Positions 10,636 through 22,021 are shown, numbered from the stretch's first letter. The stretch is 64,000 nucleotides of DNA from Candidatus Campbellbacteria bacterium (GCA_947311625.1 CAMZKW010000001.1:15776-79775), one strand, 5' to 3'. The notes: a model not told the origin generated them from the sequence alone. Program-made: numbers and translations.

Positions 10636-10907
10636 GGATGGCTTTGCTTCGCAAAGCCATCCAATCAAAATATAGTTGAGAAGCAGGATTTTGAAGAAAA
10701 ATATTTTGAAAACACAACCAACTCAAAATATTTTTCCTCAAAATCCTGCTTCTCAGCAGAATGATGGTAATCCATTCCAATTTTTATTGTTCATTGATGT
10801 CCTGCTCGGACGGAGAACTCAGGCAACCCTGCTCTATGGGTATAAAGATTTTGTGCATATGGGAGCACTGGTAAAAAATTCCCTAGGCTTTTAAGGAGGC
10901 CGAAAAA
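10636..10907 (+). promoter_or_regulatory. about 270-nt structured 5' leader of the 589-aa orphan gene
   Basis: GC hairpin ggatggctttgc/ttc/gcaaagccatcc (10636..10662). 32-bp hairpin at 10678..10754 with one mismatch. SD ttaaggaggccgaaaaaATG. Confidence 0.55.
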
Positions 10908-12677
10908 ATGGAAACAATTACAATTAAAACAGCCGCACATGCTACTCAAATAGATATGAAAAAATTTGAGGAGCAAATGCTGGCTGCTGAGGCCAACGGT
11001 GTGGTTGATACAATAGAGGTACCGGCACAAAAGCCGGATAGTAGGATCGTTGTTAAAAAAAGTATTAGAAGGTCCATTAGAGGCCTTTTAAAATATGAGC
11101 TGATTTTCAGAGAAAATCAGCCAGTAACAATGAATAGAAGGGGGCTACAGATGATGTATGCCCCATACATGCATCAATTCAAAGAAGTGTATGGGGAAAA
11201 CTTCTTTGACTATAATATAAATTATGGAATCTCCTCAGCATATCTAGGTTGGGGAGATGGGTTTGATTTTAAAGATGTTCCCTACGACACTGAGGTTATA
11301 GGGAAGTATGCCAAGTTGGCAAAGTTCCTTAAAGACATCATCTGGGATAATCTAGGTTATATTAGAGAATGGATTTATTCTTGTAATGGGAATGGTGTGG
11401 GAACCGTAAATGTTGGCGGTCATTATCCATGGTATGAAGATGTGGTAAAAATGCAAATGTCAGCTCATCGTCTTAATAATAAGGCTCATGCCTTAAAATT
11501 AAAAACCATGGAAAAACATGGGCGATGGATAAAAAAAGAGAGTGCTGTTAAGTTGGTACTTGAATGTCCAACTATGCCAATATCAAAATTGGCGACGGTG
11601 GCAGCAGCTAAAAGCTTAGGGTTGGAGACAACAATAACCCAGGAAAAGCTATCATTGGTTAACCAGTTCACTTCCACTGTAGATCCTTTAGAATATAAAG
11701 GAGGGTGGGGACACAACTGGCAGAAGAAGGCCCCAGAGGGAAAAATATGGATGGTAAGAAAAATCCATTCTTTCCAGGTTTCCAGAGACTCTCTCGCTTT
11801 GAGAGAAGTTGCAAAAAGAGCATCTGAAAAAGGAGAGGTGCTTGTGTTGGAAGAGCCAACTCCTGTTGGCGGCAGAGCTACTAAGAGGGTTGTTATGAAA
11901 AGAGTGGGTAATATCCACTGGAGAAAAACAACTCTATTTAGTTACCATGGAGATCCACAAGAGTATCTCTTAGATGGGTATAATCCAAGAGGATACTGGG
12001 ATGCATATAGTTGGATCCCATTCCTCCAAAAAATCCCGATCGATATATCGAGTGAGGATGAAGCTCTAATTTTAGAGCATAAGGACTTGGTGATATTCCA
12101 ACCTAAGTTAGTTGGAGGTCAAGAGGTTGTTGATGTCAAAAAGACATTGGCAAATATTGCCAAGTTCAAAAAGTCAAAAGAGGTAGAACTCGAAGGTGTA
12201 AATCTGAGAGTTCTTAGGGAATTCACTAGGAATGGATATAAATTCCAGTTTGGGTGGCAACTCGAATATGAAAATAATGTGTTGAAAGCATTATTTTCAA
12301 AACCTCAAATAATCTCTGTGAAAGAGGTAGCTACTGGTGAGATTTATCAAACCAGTAGTAAAACAATCTCCGAAGCTCTTAGATATGCAGTTGATGCATT
12401 TGAAAAAAGAGCTGCTGCGAAAGTCTTGCAGCAGGAGGTTGAAGAGGTGGCTATCCCAGAGAAAGGAGTACTTGTTTATTTACAAGACTCCTACGCAGTT
12501 GGTAACTGCCAGGTTGGGGCTGAGGCGTGGATGAGAGAGATGGGATTTTCTGGAAAGAAAATCGTACCTCTCCATGAGGTCCACGCTGCTGCTGAAGCAA
12601 GCAACAACAACTTGGCCCGTAATGTGGTCAAGTTTGTTGTTGCCAAGTATTTGGCGGCGAATAAGGAGGTTGCGTAG
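10908..12677 (+). CDS. orphan 589-aa protein with no domain I recognise; GC-rich, TGA-free, 13 TGG Trp codons
   Basis: Uninterrupted ORF behind a strong SD. Composition is clearly GC-richer than the neighbours. The TAG stop sits in the loop of hairpin 12665..12685. Confidence 0.7.
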   Translation: METITIKTAAHATQIDMKKFEEQMLAAEANGVVDTIEVPAQKPDSRIVVKKSIRRSIRGLLKYELIFRENQPVTMNRRGLQMMYAPYMHQFKEVYGENFFDYNINYGISSAYLGWGDGFDFKDVPYDTEVIGKYAKLAKFLKDIIWDNLGYIREWIYSCNGNGVGTVNVGGHYPWYEDVVKMQMSAHRLNNKAHALKLKTMEKHGRWIKKESAVKLVLECPTMPISKLATVAAAKSLGLETTITQEKLSLVNQFTSTVDPLEYKGGWGHNWQKKAPEGKIWMVRKIHSFQVSRDSLALREVAKRASEKGEVLVLEEPTPVGGRATKRVVMKRVGNIHWRKTTLFSYHGDPQEYLLDGYNPRGYWDAYSWIPFLQKIPIDISSEDEALILEHKDLVIFQPKLVGGQEVVDVKKTLANIAKFKKSKEVELEGVNLRVLREFTRNGYKFQFGWQLEYENNVLKALFSKPQIISVKEVATGEIYQTSSKTISEALRYAVDAFEKRAAAKVLQQEVEEVAIPEKGVLVYLQDSYAVGNCQVGAEAWMREMGFSGKKIVPLHEVHAAAEASNNNLARNVVKFVVAKYLAANKEVA

Positions 12678-12822
12678 CAACCTCCATGGAATCGCTGTGG
12701 TGGCGACTTCAAAAAAAAATCCACGGTTAGTGGTTATAAAAAGATATTGATTAAATATACTTTTTACTTATCCAGTTGCTAAATAAATTTTAGATATTGG
12801 TTGGTGAAATGTAAAATATTAA

Positions 12823-12849
12823 ATGGCTCGGCGCGAAGCGCCGAGCCAT
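12823..12849. terminator. GC hairpin atggctcggcgc/gaa/gcgccgagccat followed by a T-run
   Basis: 12-bp stem followed by tttttgttttttttt. Confidence 0.7.
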
Positions 12850-12877
12850 TTTTGTTTTTTTTTGATATAATATTTCT

Positions 12878-13696
12878 ATGAAAAAGCACTCTATAGAATT
12901 AAGAAAAAAAAGACTGGAAAAAAAAATAAAAAATATATTATTTTTTAAAATTTTTCCCTCTGTATTCTTATTTTCAATATTTGTATTATTTTTTAATTCT
13001 GATTATTTATCAATAAAAAAAAATGATATAGATATAAAAAATAAAAAGTATCTAGATCAAAAAAAAATAGATGAAATAGTAAATTCTATTTTAAATGAAA
13101 AATACTATAATATTTTTTCTAAAAAAAATTATTTATTTTATCCAAAAAATGAAATAAAAAATAAATTAAAGGATAATTTTAAAGAACTTAAAAGTGTAGA
13201 AATAAAAAATGGTGATTATTTTAATAATATTATTTTAAATTTAGAAGAAGAAAAAAGAAATTATATATTTTGTAAATCTAAAAAAGAAAGCCAATGCTTT
13301 GAAGTTTCATCTGAAGGTTTTATTTTTAAAAAAATAAAATATAAAACAAGTTCTAATTTAATTTTAATTTCTAATAATTATAATTTGGGAGATAATTTTT
13401 TTGAATCACAAAAAAAAAAAGAAAAAATATTCGAAATTATAAATTTTTTGAATAATATTAAAAAAGAAAAAGTGGTATTTTTAAGCAAGCCAGATAATTA
13501 TTTTTATATTTTAGAATTAAAAAATAATTTAAAAATTATTATTAGATCGAATTTTAAAAAAGATGATATTATTTTAAAAATAAATAAATTCTTTTCTAAA
13601 ATTAAATATAAAAACTTATCTTATATCAATTTTACTCTAAAGAATAGAATAAGTTATTGTGAGAAAGGTGAAATATGTGAAAAAAATTTTAAATAG
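12878..13696 (+). CDS. membrane-anchored hypothetical protein (FtsQ/DivIB-like topology), 272 aa
   Basis: One N-terminal TM, then an Asn/Lys-rich domain. tgatataat lies 6 nt before the ATG. Confidence 0.3.
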   Translation: MKKHSIELRKKRLEKKIKNILFFKIFPSVFLFSIFVLFFNSDYLSIKKNDIDIKNKKYLDQKKIDEIVNSILNEKYYNIFSKKNYLFYPKNEIKNKLKDNFKELKSVEIKNGDYFNNIILNLEEEKRNYIFCKSKKESQCFEVSSEGFIFKKIKYKTSSNLILISNNYNLGDNFFESQKKKEKIFEIINFLNNIKKEKVVFLSKPDNYFYILELKNNLKIIIRSNFKKDDIILKINKFFSKIKYKNLSYINFTLKNRISYCEKGEICEKNFK

Positions 13697-13737
13697 TTCT
13701 TGATTTTCAATTAAAAAAAATGTATAATATGCGAACT

Positions 13738-14343
13738 ATGAAATTAAAAGCACAAAAAAGAGACAATTCAAAAAAAGACTTTTCAGAAGTTTTAGGCGTT
13801 GTTTATGGACACAATAAAGAAAATATTTCTGTGATTATGGACTATAATGAATTTGAAAAAATTTATAATAAAGGAGGAATGTCTTCAGTTATTAGTTTAG
13901 ATATTGATGGGGAAGAATTAGATGTTGTTATAAAAGATTTTCAAATTGACCCTAAAAAAGATAGAATTCATCATGTTGATTTTTATCAATTTACAAAGGG
14001 TGAAAAAATGGAGGCAACAGTATCTCTTAATTTTATTGGAGAAGCTCCAGCTGAAAAATTAGGAATGGTTTTAAATACAGCTAAAACAGAAATAACAATT
14101 TCTGCTCTACCAAAAGATTTGCCATCAGAAATTGAAGTTGATTTGTCAGTTTTGGTTGATGGAGATTCTGTTATTAGAAATTCTGATTTAAATATTACTG
14201 ATGGAGTAGAAATTTTAGGAGACCCAGAAGAAGCTATTGTTTCGGTTGTGGTTGCTAAAGAAGTTGGCGAAGAAGATAATGATGAAGCTCCAGATTTATC
14301 AGAAGAGGAAAATACTGAAGAAAATAAAGAAGAAGAAAAATAA
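13738..14343 (+). CDS. rplY: ribosomal protein L25/Ctc with acidic C-terminal tail
   Basis: MKLKAQKRD...GVVYG...DFQIDPKKDRIHHVDF. The track start at 13720 overlaps the tgtataat box, so the start was moved to 13738. Confidence 0.75.
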   Translation: MKLKAQKRDNSKKDFSEVLGVVYGHNKENISVIMDYNEFEKIYNKGGMSSVISLDIDGEELDVVIKDFQIDPKKDRIHHVDFYQFTKGEKMEATVSLNFIGEAPAEKLGMVLNTAKTEITISALPKDLPSEIEVDLSVLVDGDSVIRNSDLNITDGVEILGDPEEAIVSVVVAKEVGEEDNDEAPDLSEEENTEENKEEEK

Positions 14344-14389
14344 TTTCTTTTTTTTTATTTTATAAAAAACAATATGATATAATTATAAA

Positions 14390-16147
14390 ATGAAACAAAG
14401 CACAGCTCTAGGTATATTAAAATCAGGGAGAAATGTTTTTCTTACGGGTTCTGCGGGAACGGGAAAAACATTTTTAATTAATGAATATACGAACTATTTA
14501 AAAGAAAGAAAGATAAAGCCAGCCATTGTGGCTCCTACGGGAATAGCAGCCTCTCACATTGGAGGTGTTACCATACACTCATTTTTTTCCATTGGAATTA
14601 GAGATTACATTGATGATTTTTATCTTGATAAATTAATGCAAATGAAATCAGTTCATGAAAGGTTATCTAAATTAAAAGTATTAATTATTGATGAAGTTTC
14701 CATGGTATCACCGGGAGTTTTTGAATCAATGGATAAAATTTTAAGGGCTATAAAATTTACAGATAAACCTTTTGGAGGTGTTCAATTAATTTTATCAGGA
14801 GATTTTTTCCAACTTCCTCCGGTATCTAAGGAGTGAAAAGAAATTAGATTTATTTGACAAACTGAATTATGAAATAAATTAGATTTAAAGGTAGCATATT
14901 TGGAGGAAAAATTTAGACAGGATGAAGATGATATGTTGGTTAATATTTTAGATGAGATCCGCTCGGGAGATGTTTCTCAGCAAAGTTGAGAAATTCTTGA
15001 AAAAAAAATGACAGAAAAAACTAAATTAAAATTTAATCCTACAAAACTTTATACTCATAATATGGATGTGGATAGAATTAATTTAAAAGAATTGGATAAG
15101 ATTGAAGAAAAAAGTAATTTTTTTGAAGCCCTGGAGAAAGGTTCAAGACAAAATTTAGAAAAAATTTATAAATCTTCTTTGGTCCAAGAAAATTTAGAAT
15201 TAAAAAAAGGTGCAGTGGTAATTTTTATTAAAAATAATTATGAAAAAGGATATATAAATGGAACCCTTGGTGTAGTTGTAGATTTTGAAGAAGGAACAAA
15301 ATATCCCATTGTAGAAATATCTTCTGGAAGAAAAATTATTGCTGAAAGGGAAGATTGGAGTAAGGAAACTGATAGCGGAAAAGTTCAAGCAACGGTAAAG
15401 CAAATACCTTTAAGATTGGCTTGGGCAATAACTGTTCATAAATCTCAGGGTATGACATTGGATGCTGCAGAAATAGATTTATCAAAAACCTTTGAACATG
15501 GTCAAGGCTATGTAGCTTTGTCACGTATAAAGTCCATAGATGGACTTTCACTTTCTGGTATGAATAATGTAGCACTAAGTGTAGATGAACAGGTCTTATC
15601 TGTGGATAGAAAATTCAAAACACACTCCAATTTTGTAGAAGAAAAATTTTTAGGCTTTAGCGATGAAGAAAAACAAAAAATGTTTGATTTATTCATAACT
15701 GTAAATAGAGGAACATTAGATAAAAATGAAATAGATGAAGAGAAGAAATTAATTGAAAAAGAAGAAAGACAAAAAAATGAAGCTATAGGTTCCAGTTCTG
15801 AAAAAATAAATTCCATTTCAACCTACCAAACAACTAAAGAATTAATAGATAAAAGGTTTAATTTAGAAAAGATAATAGAAGAAAGGGGATTAACAAAGGC
15901 TACCATTCTCAATCATTTAGAAAAACTTATTAAAAGTGAACTTCTTAAAAAAGATGATTTAGAATATTTAAAGCCAGATGATGAATTAATAGAAACAGTT
16001 AAAGAGGTTGTTGATGAAATAAATTCTGATAAAAAAGAAGAAAATTTTACCGAAGATGGAAAAATAAAATTAACTCCAATTTTTAAGATGTTGGATGGAG
16101 AGGTAGACTTTGAAGAAATTAGATTGGCCTTATTGTTTATAGATTAA
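14390..16147 (+). CDS. Pif1/RecD-family helicase with C-terminal HTH, 585 aa, four in-frame TGA
   Basis: Walker A GSAGTGKTF, IIDEVSM, SGDFFQLPPV, EKFRQ, TVHKSQG. Segment 14837..15007 was translated by hand with no TAA/TAG. Confidence 0.8.
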
Positions 16148-17039
16148 TTGTAGAAAATAATTTATTTTTTTTTAAACAAAAACTCTACCGATTAGGTAGA
16201 GTGGATGATAAAAGGGGAGTTATAAAAAGTAAGTTGTTTTAAAGTCTCTCATGACATTAATTATGTCACCGAGCCGGATTGCTCTATAAATATATTATTA
16301 TAAACTTTTTCTACTTTTTGTTGTGTAAGTAGTAAGGTTGTCGAAGATTAAATCAGTGTGGGTTGGAGTTTTTATTAATATGTATTTTATAGAAAACTAT
16401 AAAATTTAACATAAAAATCCCTCTTAATTTTTTTTAACTTCTCTCTGTTCCTCAGAGGCATTTTTATTTCAAAAAATGACTAACTATTCGTGAGGGCCAC
16501 CATGTGCTCACTTCCTATTCCCCTTGTTCTGGATAGGCACAGCTCTTGAATTGTATAAAATAATTCGCAATCAAATTTTTACAATGGGCGGCTTACTTTA
16601 TTTTGTATAATAAAGCTTTTAGGGTTACGGGACGATACTAATTTTAAAAACTAGCACATACCGACCTCCTAAAATGTAAATAATTTGATAAATAAAGTAT
16701 AGCATCTTATCTTCAGAAGTCAAGTTATTTTTAAATATGAAAGTGGATAATATGTGTATATTTTTTAATTAAACAAATCCAACCTACTCGGATGGATTAA
16801 TTATATTTAAAATAAACTACGATATATTGGTTTATTTTTTTATCTCGGCCAAAAACCTTCTTATTATATAAATTTATTAAAATAGATTGTGGTGGGGTTT
16901 TATAGAAGTCGTAAGCAGAAATAAAGAGGATCTTACTTTTTGTAAAAAAGAAAATTAAAAAAATATACTAAACTTTTATAGTTTGGTATATTTTTTAGTA
17001 GTTTTTTATTTTTATATCTTTTTGAATTATTATTTAATC
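16148..17039. other. 0.9-kb gap with no long ORF, moderately GC-enriched, with many stem-loops: decayed cassette or unknown ncRNA
   Basis: The minus strand carries TTGACT, a 16-nt spacer and tgcTATACT (about 16722..16695), then taggaggtcggtATGtgcTAG (16659..16651). No RNase P, tmRNA or SRP signature was found. Confidence 0.3.
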
Positions 17040-17957
17040 TTATTTTTTATTATGAAATTTATTGTGAATTTCTTTTAGATATTTATCTGAAATATTTGTA
17101 TAAACTTGGGTAGTATTTATGGAAGCATGACCCAGTAGCATTTGGACCGAACGGATATCTGCTCCATTTTGAAGTAAGTCAGTGGCAAAAAAGTGTCTAA
17201 TGGTATGAGGGGTGACTTTCTTCATGATCCCTGCTTCTGAAGATCTTTTTTGAATTATCCTCTGAACTGCTCTTGGCTGTATTCTATTTCCTTGAGAGCT
17301 TAAAAATAGAGCTTCATTTAAAACTTTATTTTCTTGTTTCCCTCTTTCTTCTAGATATTTTTTAGTTCATTTTTTCGCATCATCGGAAAGAAAAACTAAT
17401 CTAACTTTTTCACCTTTTCCTCTAATGGAAAACTCATCTTCGTTCAAATCTAAATCATCGTTTAAAGAGCATAGCTCGGAAACACGAAGTCCTGTGGAGT
17501 ACAACATTTCCAAAATTGCCTTATCTCTAATATTTTCTAATTTTTTAGAATTATTTTTAAGTGGTGCCTTCATTAGTCTTTCGAATTCATTTCTTGAAAT
17601 TAAATCTAGTTCTCTTTGGCTGGTTTTTGCTAATTCAATTTTTTCTGGAGCTAAGGTTTTAATATCATTTTTTGAAAGATACTTTAGGAATGCCCTTAGA
17701 GCAATTAAATGATAATTTTGAGTATTTTTTTTTAGAGATTCATTTTTATAATTTTCTTGTCTATTTAATCAAAGACGAAATTCTCTTACTTTATCTAAAC
17801 TTATTTTTTCTATTTTTTCTATTTTAGAAAAAATAAAAAATTTTTCTAAATATCTATTGTAATTTTCTACAGTTTTTAGGGAACGACCTTTTTCAATTTC
17901 TAGATATTCTAAAAAACGTTTTTTAAGCAAATATATTTCTTTTTTATTTTGCGACAT
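17040..17957 (-). CDS. tyrosine recombinase XerC/XerD family, 305 aa, two in-frame TGA
   Basis: HTIRHFFATDLLQNGADIRSVQMLLGHASINTTQVYT. Both junctions were translated by hand. Confidence 0.85.
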
Positions 17958-18042
17958 ATTTTTATTATAACTTTTTTAAATAAAAAAAGTAAATATTTTT
18001 TATTTAAGTTTAAAATAATTTTTTTTATGTTAAAATAATTTT

Positions 18043-19320
18043 ATGGAAAATATTAATATTTTTATGGATATATCAAATCCTATATTTCAACTTTTAATAG
18101 CTGCTTTTTTAGGAGTATTTGTTGGGTTAAGGAGAGAAGTGGATTTACAGAAAAAAAATATTCATGGAATAAGAGGGGTTAGAACAAGTTCCCTTGTTAC
18201 AATAATGGGTGTTGTATCAACTTTTTTATCACAATTCCCATACTTACCAATAATTTTTTTAATATCTTTGATTATTGGGGTGATTTTGGTTTATAGGAAG
18301 GGACTTAATAAAGGTTTAATTGGTATGACATCAGAGATATCTCTAATTCTACTTTTTCTAACGGGTGTTTTTATAGGTTATGAAAAATTTACTTTAGGGA
18401 TAGTTTTAGGGCTATTGGTGGCAATCTCAGATGCCTATAAAGATATATTACATTCTTTTGCAAAGAATCTGAAAATAAAGGAGTGGAGCGGGACTTTGCA
18501 GATGATACTTATAACTTTAGTTGTTTTACCATTTTTACCAAAGGTAGCTATTGATCCGTGGGGAGTTTTTATACCTTATAATGTTTGATTGCTAGTGGTG
18601 TTGGTAACGGGTATTAGTTTTATTGGATATTTTCTAAATAAATTTTTTTCCAAAGGAAAAATAAAAGGAGTATATTTAACATCTTTTTTGGGGTCAATAA
18701 TATCTTCAACTGCAGTAACAGTTGGTTTATCTCAGAAATTAAAAAATAATAAAGAAAAAACTCCTAAATATTTTTTACCTTCAATTTTATTGGCAATTTT
18801 TGTTATGGAGTTTAGGGATTTAATAATTATTATTTTAGCAACAAATAAGGTTAATTTAATACTTATAGCCACACCATTAATAATGGGTATAGTATCTATA
18901 GTAATGTTTTATTGATTTTTTAAAAAAGATAATGAAAAAAATAAAGTTGATTTGGTGGTAGATGAAAAATCTCCTTTTGAAATACTTCCATCTTTAAAAT
19001 TTGCATTAATTTTTTCAATTATATTATTTTTAGTATATTTTGTTAAAAAATATGTAGGTGATAACGGAGTGTATTTTACAACTTTTTTAGTATCATTAAT
19101 TGATACTGAAACTATAATTTTACCAAGCATTGAATCTTTTAAAAATGGAACTCTTGATATAAAATTATTAGGAAATATTATTACAATTTCTATTGTAATA
19201 AATACTTTAATAAAATTATTTTATATACAATTCTTTTCAGGAAATAAAAGTTTAAAAGTTGTCATTATTCCTATTATAACTATTTCTGTTTTTGGTTTGT
19301 TACCATTAATAATTTTTTAA
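18043..19320 (+). CDS. MgtC/SapB plus DUF4010-type membrane protein, 425 aa, two in-frame TGA
   Basis: Three track ORFs share one frame. AAFLGVFVGLRRE motif. About 10 TM segments. Confidence 0.55.
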
Positions 19321-19356
19321 AAAAAAACTAATTATTTAGTATTTTTTTTTCAATTT

Positions 19357-20472
19357 TTAAAAAAGTTTTTTTAAAATCATTTTTTTTTCAAAAAATTTAT
19401 TTTTAATTTTATTAGCATTTATTTTTATTTTTTCTAAAGAGTCTTTCACAAACATGATATCATTTTCTTCTTGGATGCTCATAAGATTATAAATGTTTTC
19501 TTCATTTTTTTTACTTATATCTTCAATTTCATCTAATATATTGTGAAAATTTTCAGAAGATATCGCTTCTTCTTCTTTAAGTTCTTTATAATATTTTTTT
19601 AAAATTTTATTTTCTTCATATGCTGTCTTTAGAGATATAGACAGTTTTTCTTTTATCTTATTCTCTTTTTTTAATTTTATTTTTTGATTATTTATTTCTT
19701 TTATATATTTTTTATTTTCTTCTAATTTTTTAGATATTTCTTTGTCTATAAAAATATTTTTATCATTTATTTTTTTAAATTCAGATTCTTTATGTTTTAT
19801 TTTTTTTTCAATTTTAAAAATATTTTCCTTTATTTCATTTTTTTGAATAGTGTATTCTTCATTTTCCTTTAGGATATCATTTCTAATATTATTTAATAAA
19901 TTTAAATTTTCTTTTTCACTTTTTATCAATAAATTTAAATTTTCTTCCTTTTCTTTAATAATATTAGCTCTATTTTTCATTATATTTAAATCATCTTTTA
20001 AATTTTTTATTTGATTATTTAAAATATCTATTTCATTTTGAACAAGTGATATTTCTTTTTTTAATGAAATAGTTTTTTCTTCCAAAAGATCTCTTTTTTT
20101 TAGTACGCTATTGATTTTTAATTTTAAATCTTTATTTTCTATTTTTAAGTTTGAGATATTTTCTTCTTTTTTTAGAATTATATTTTCTTTATCAAATAAA
20201 ATATTTTTATTTTCTTTATATTTTTCTTCTTCACCGATGCAATCATTTTTTATTTTTTCCAAAGAAGTATTTAGGTTTTTATTTTCTAATTCTAAAAATT
20301 TTATATCTTTTGAATAATTATTTGATTCTTTTTCTAGTGATTCTATATCGTTATAAAAATTTTTATTTAATATCTTTTTTTGATTTAATTGAAATGTCTT
20401 TATTTTATTTTGATTTTTTAAAAATAATGAAATTTTTGAAATCTTTTTTTTCTTAATAATTTTACTCATCAT
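19357..20472 (-). CDS. Lys/Glu/Asn-rich coiled-coil protein, 371 aa
   Basis: Uninterrupted ORF with heptad-like low-complexity sequence. Confidence 0.5.
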   Translation of the reverse strand: MMSKIIKKKKISKISLFLKNQNKIKTFQLNQKKILNKNFYNDIESLEKESNNYSKDIKFLELENKNLNTSLEKIKNDCIGEEEKYKENKNILFDKENIILKKEENISNLKIENKDLKLKINSVLKKRDLLEEKTISLKKEISLVQNEIDILNNQIKNLKDDLNIMKNRANIIKEKEENLNLLIKSEKENLNLLNNIRNDILKENEEYTIQKNEIKENIFKIEKKIKHKESEFKKINDKNIFIDKEISKKLEENKKYIKEINNQKIKLKKENKIKEKLSISLKTAYEENKILKKYYKELKEEEAISSENFHNILDEIEDISKKNEENIYNLMSIQEENDIMFVKDSLEKIKINANKIKNKFFEKKMILKKLF

Positions 20473-20771
20473 TATATCTTATAATATATTTTAGATAATG
20501 TCAAGATTGAGATATTTGAGTATAGAATTATTTTATAGTTTTGATTAAAAAATTCCCTTGTATATAACTTTAATTTATGTTAAAATATGTAAACTTTGTT
20601 TTGTTCGTTTGGTAAATCCAAAGAGCAGTATTGGGAGGTTTTTAATTAATAAAAATTTCAAACTAATACAATCTAATATGGCTTTAGTTTTTTAAGAAAG
20701 TCCGAAAGGAAACTACTTAACAAATAAGGCAAAGTATTTTATTAATATAATATATAAAAATAAAAATATAT

Positions 20772-20957
20772 ATGGCAAAAAAATCAGTTATAGCTAGGTC
20801 AGAGAAAAAACAAAAATTCTCTACTAGGGAAGTGAAAAGATGTTTTAAATGCGGAAGAAGACATGGTTACATGGGGGATTTCGATTTATGTAGAATCTGT
20901 TTCAAAGAAATGGCTCATGAGGGTCAATTACCAGGTGTTAAAAAAGCTTCTTGGTAA
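20772..20957 (+). CDS. rpsN: ribosomal protein S14, zinc-finger type
   Basis: [23 protein letters not shown]...KKASW. Confidence 0.9.
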   Translation: MAKKSVIARSEKKQKFSTREVKRCFKCGRRHGYMGDFDLCRICFKEMAHEGQLPGVKKASW

Positions 20958-20986
20958 GCTTTATTATCAATTAATTAAATAAAATT

Positions 20987-21385
20987 ATGTTTAACGATAA
21001 AATTTCAGAATTGATAATTAATATCAAAAATGCATCAATGGTTAACCAAAAAGAAGTGGTTATCGCGCATTCAAAATTAAAAGAAAATATTCTTGAACTT
21101 CTTAAAAAAGAAGGATACATTGAAGACTTTAAAACTTTAAAAGGTGATGGTATAAAAAAGAATATAAAAATAACTTTAGCGTATTCAGAGAAAGGTGAAT
21201 CTAAAATTAAAGATGTTAGAAGGGTTTCAAAACTTTCAAAAAGAATTTACTACGGATATAAAGATATTTTACCTGTAAAATATGGTCACGGAATATTAAT
21301 TCTTTCAACTCCAATGGGGATTGTGACAGATACAACAGCTAAAAAATCAAAGGTAGGAGGAGAGGCTTTATTTAAAATTTGATAA
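20987..21385 (+). CDS. rpsH: ribosomal protein S8; final residue Trp encoded by TGA, then TAA
   Basis: The S8 pattern ends ...GGEALFKI-W, as in many S8 proteins that end in VW. Confidence 0.9.
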
Positions 21386-21460
21386 TTAATATTTAAAATT
21401 TTAAAAAATTATAAATCGTCATAATCATTTTAAAAATGATGCAGACTTAAAAAGAAAAAT

Positions 21461-21994
21461 ATGTCAAGAATAGGAAAACAAAAAATTGAAATTCCAGCTG
21501 GAACAGAAATTGTTATTGATGGAACTAAAGTTTCGGTTAAAGGAAAATTAGGGGAATTAACAAGAACTTTTAAAGATGTTGTTAAAATTGAAAAAAGTGA
21601 AGAAGGTATTATAGTTAATCCAACTTTGGATAATAAATTTGCAAATGCTATGTGAGGAACTGTTGCATCTCATATTAAAAATATGATTTCAGGTGTTAAT
21701 GATAAATTTGTAAAAACTTTAATTATTGAAGGGGTTGGTTATAGAGCAGCTGTTTCAGGAAAAAATTTGAACTTAAAAGTTGGATTTTCTCATGATGTTG
21801 ATATGGAAATACCAGAAGGTATTGAAGTTGAAGTTGAAAAATCAAACATTAAAGTATCAGGTATTGATAAAGAAAAAGTTGGTTTATTTGCTTCAAAAGT
21901 TAGATTAGTAAAAAAACCAGAGCCTTACAAGGGAAAAGGTATCAGATATTCTGATGAAACTATTATTAGAAAAGAAGGAAAGAAAGCTGCTTAG
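21461..21994 (+). CDS. rplF: ribosomal protein L6, one in-frame TGA
   Basis: MSRIGKQKIEIP...; track ORFs 21461 and 21683 share one frame. Confidence 0.9.
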
Positions 21995-22021
21995 TTTTCT
22001 AACTTAAATAATTAAAAAATT

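Noticed and set aside
10514-10894. Track ORFs 10514..10780 (-) and 10676..10894 (+)
   Set aside because: They lie in the promoter and hairpin leader of the 589-aa gene. Their reading frames are created by the long inverted repeat.
16148-17039. RNase P RNA, tmRNA, SRP RNA or a group II intron remnant in the 0.9-kb gap
   Set aside because: The P4 halves cannot be paired (acaatgggcggcttac has no aagtccgccc partner). There is no GGAAAGTCC, no tRNA-like 3' end with TTCGA and CCA context, no GGAA/AGCAGC SRP motif, and no domain 5 hairpin.
17040-17957. Integrase marking a prophage or integrative element
   Set aside because: The sequence and size fit a chromosomal XerC/D-type recombinase. It uses TGA=Trp like host genes, and no phage structural genes or att repeats are visible. 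A link to the adjacent gap remains possible but unsupported.
19357-20472. Periodic repeats suggestive of a CRISPR or tandem-repeat array
   Set aside because: It is an uninterrupted 371-aa Lys/Glu/Asn coiled-coil ORF. No constant-length direct repeats with unique spacers occur anywhere in the window.
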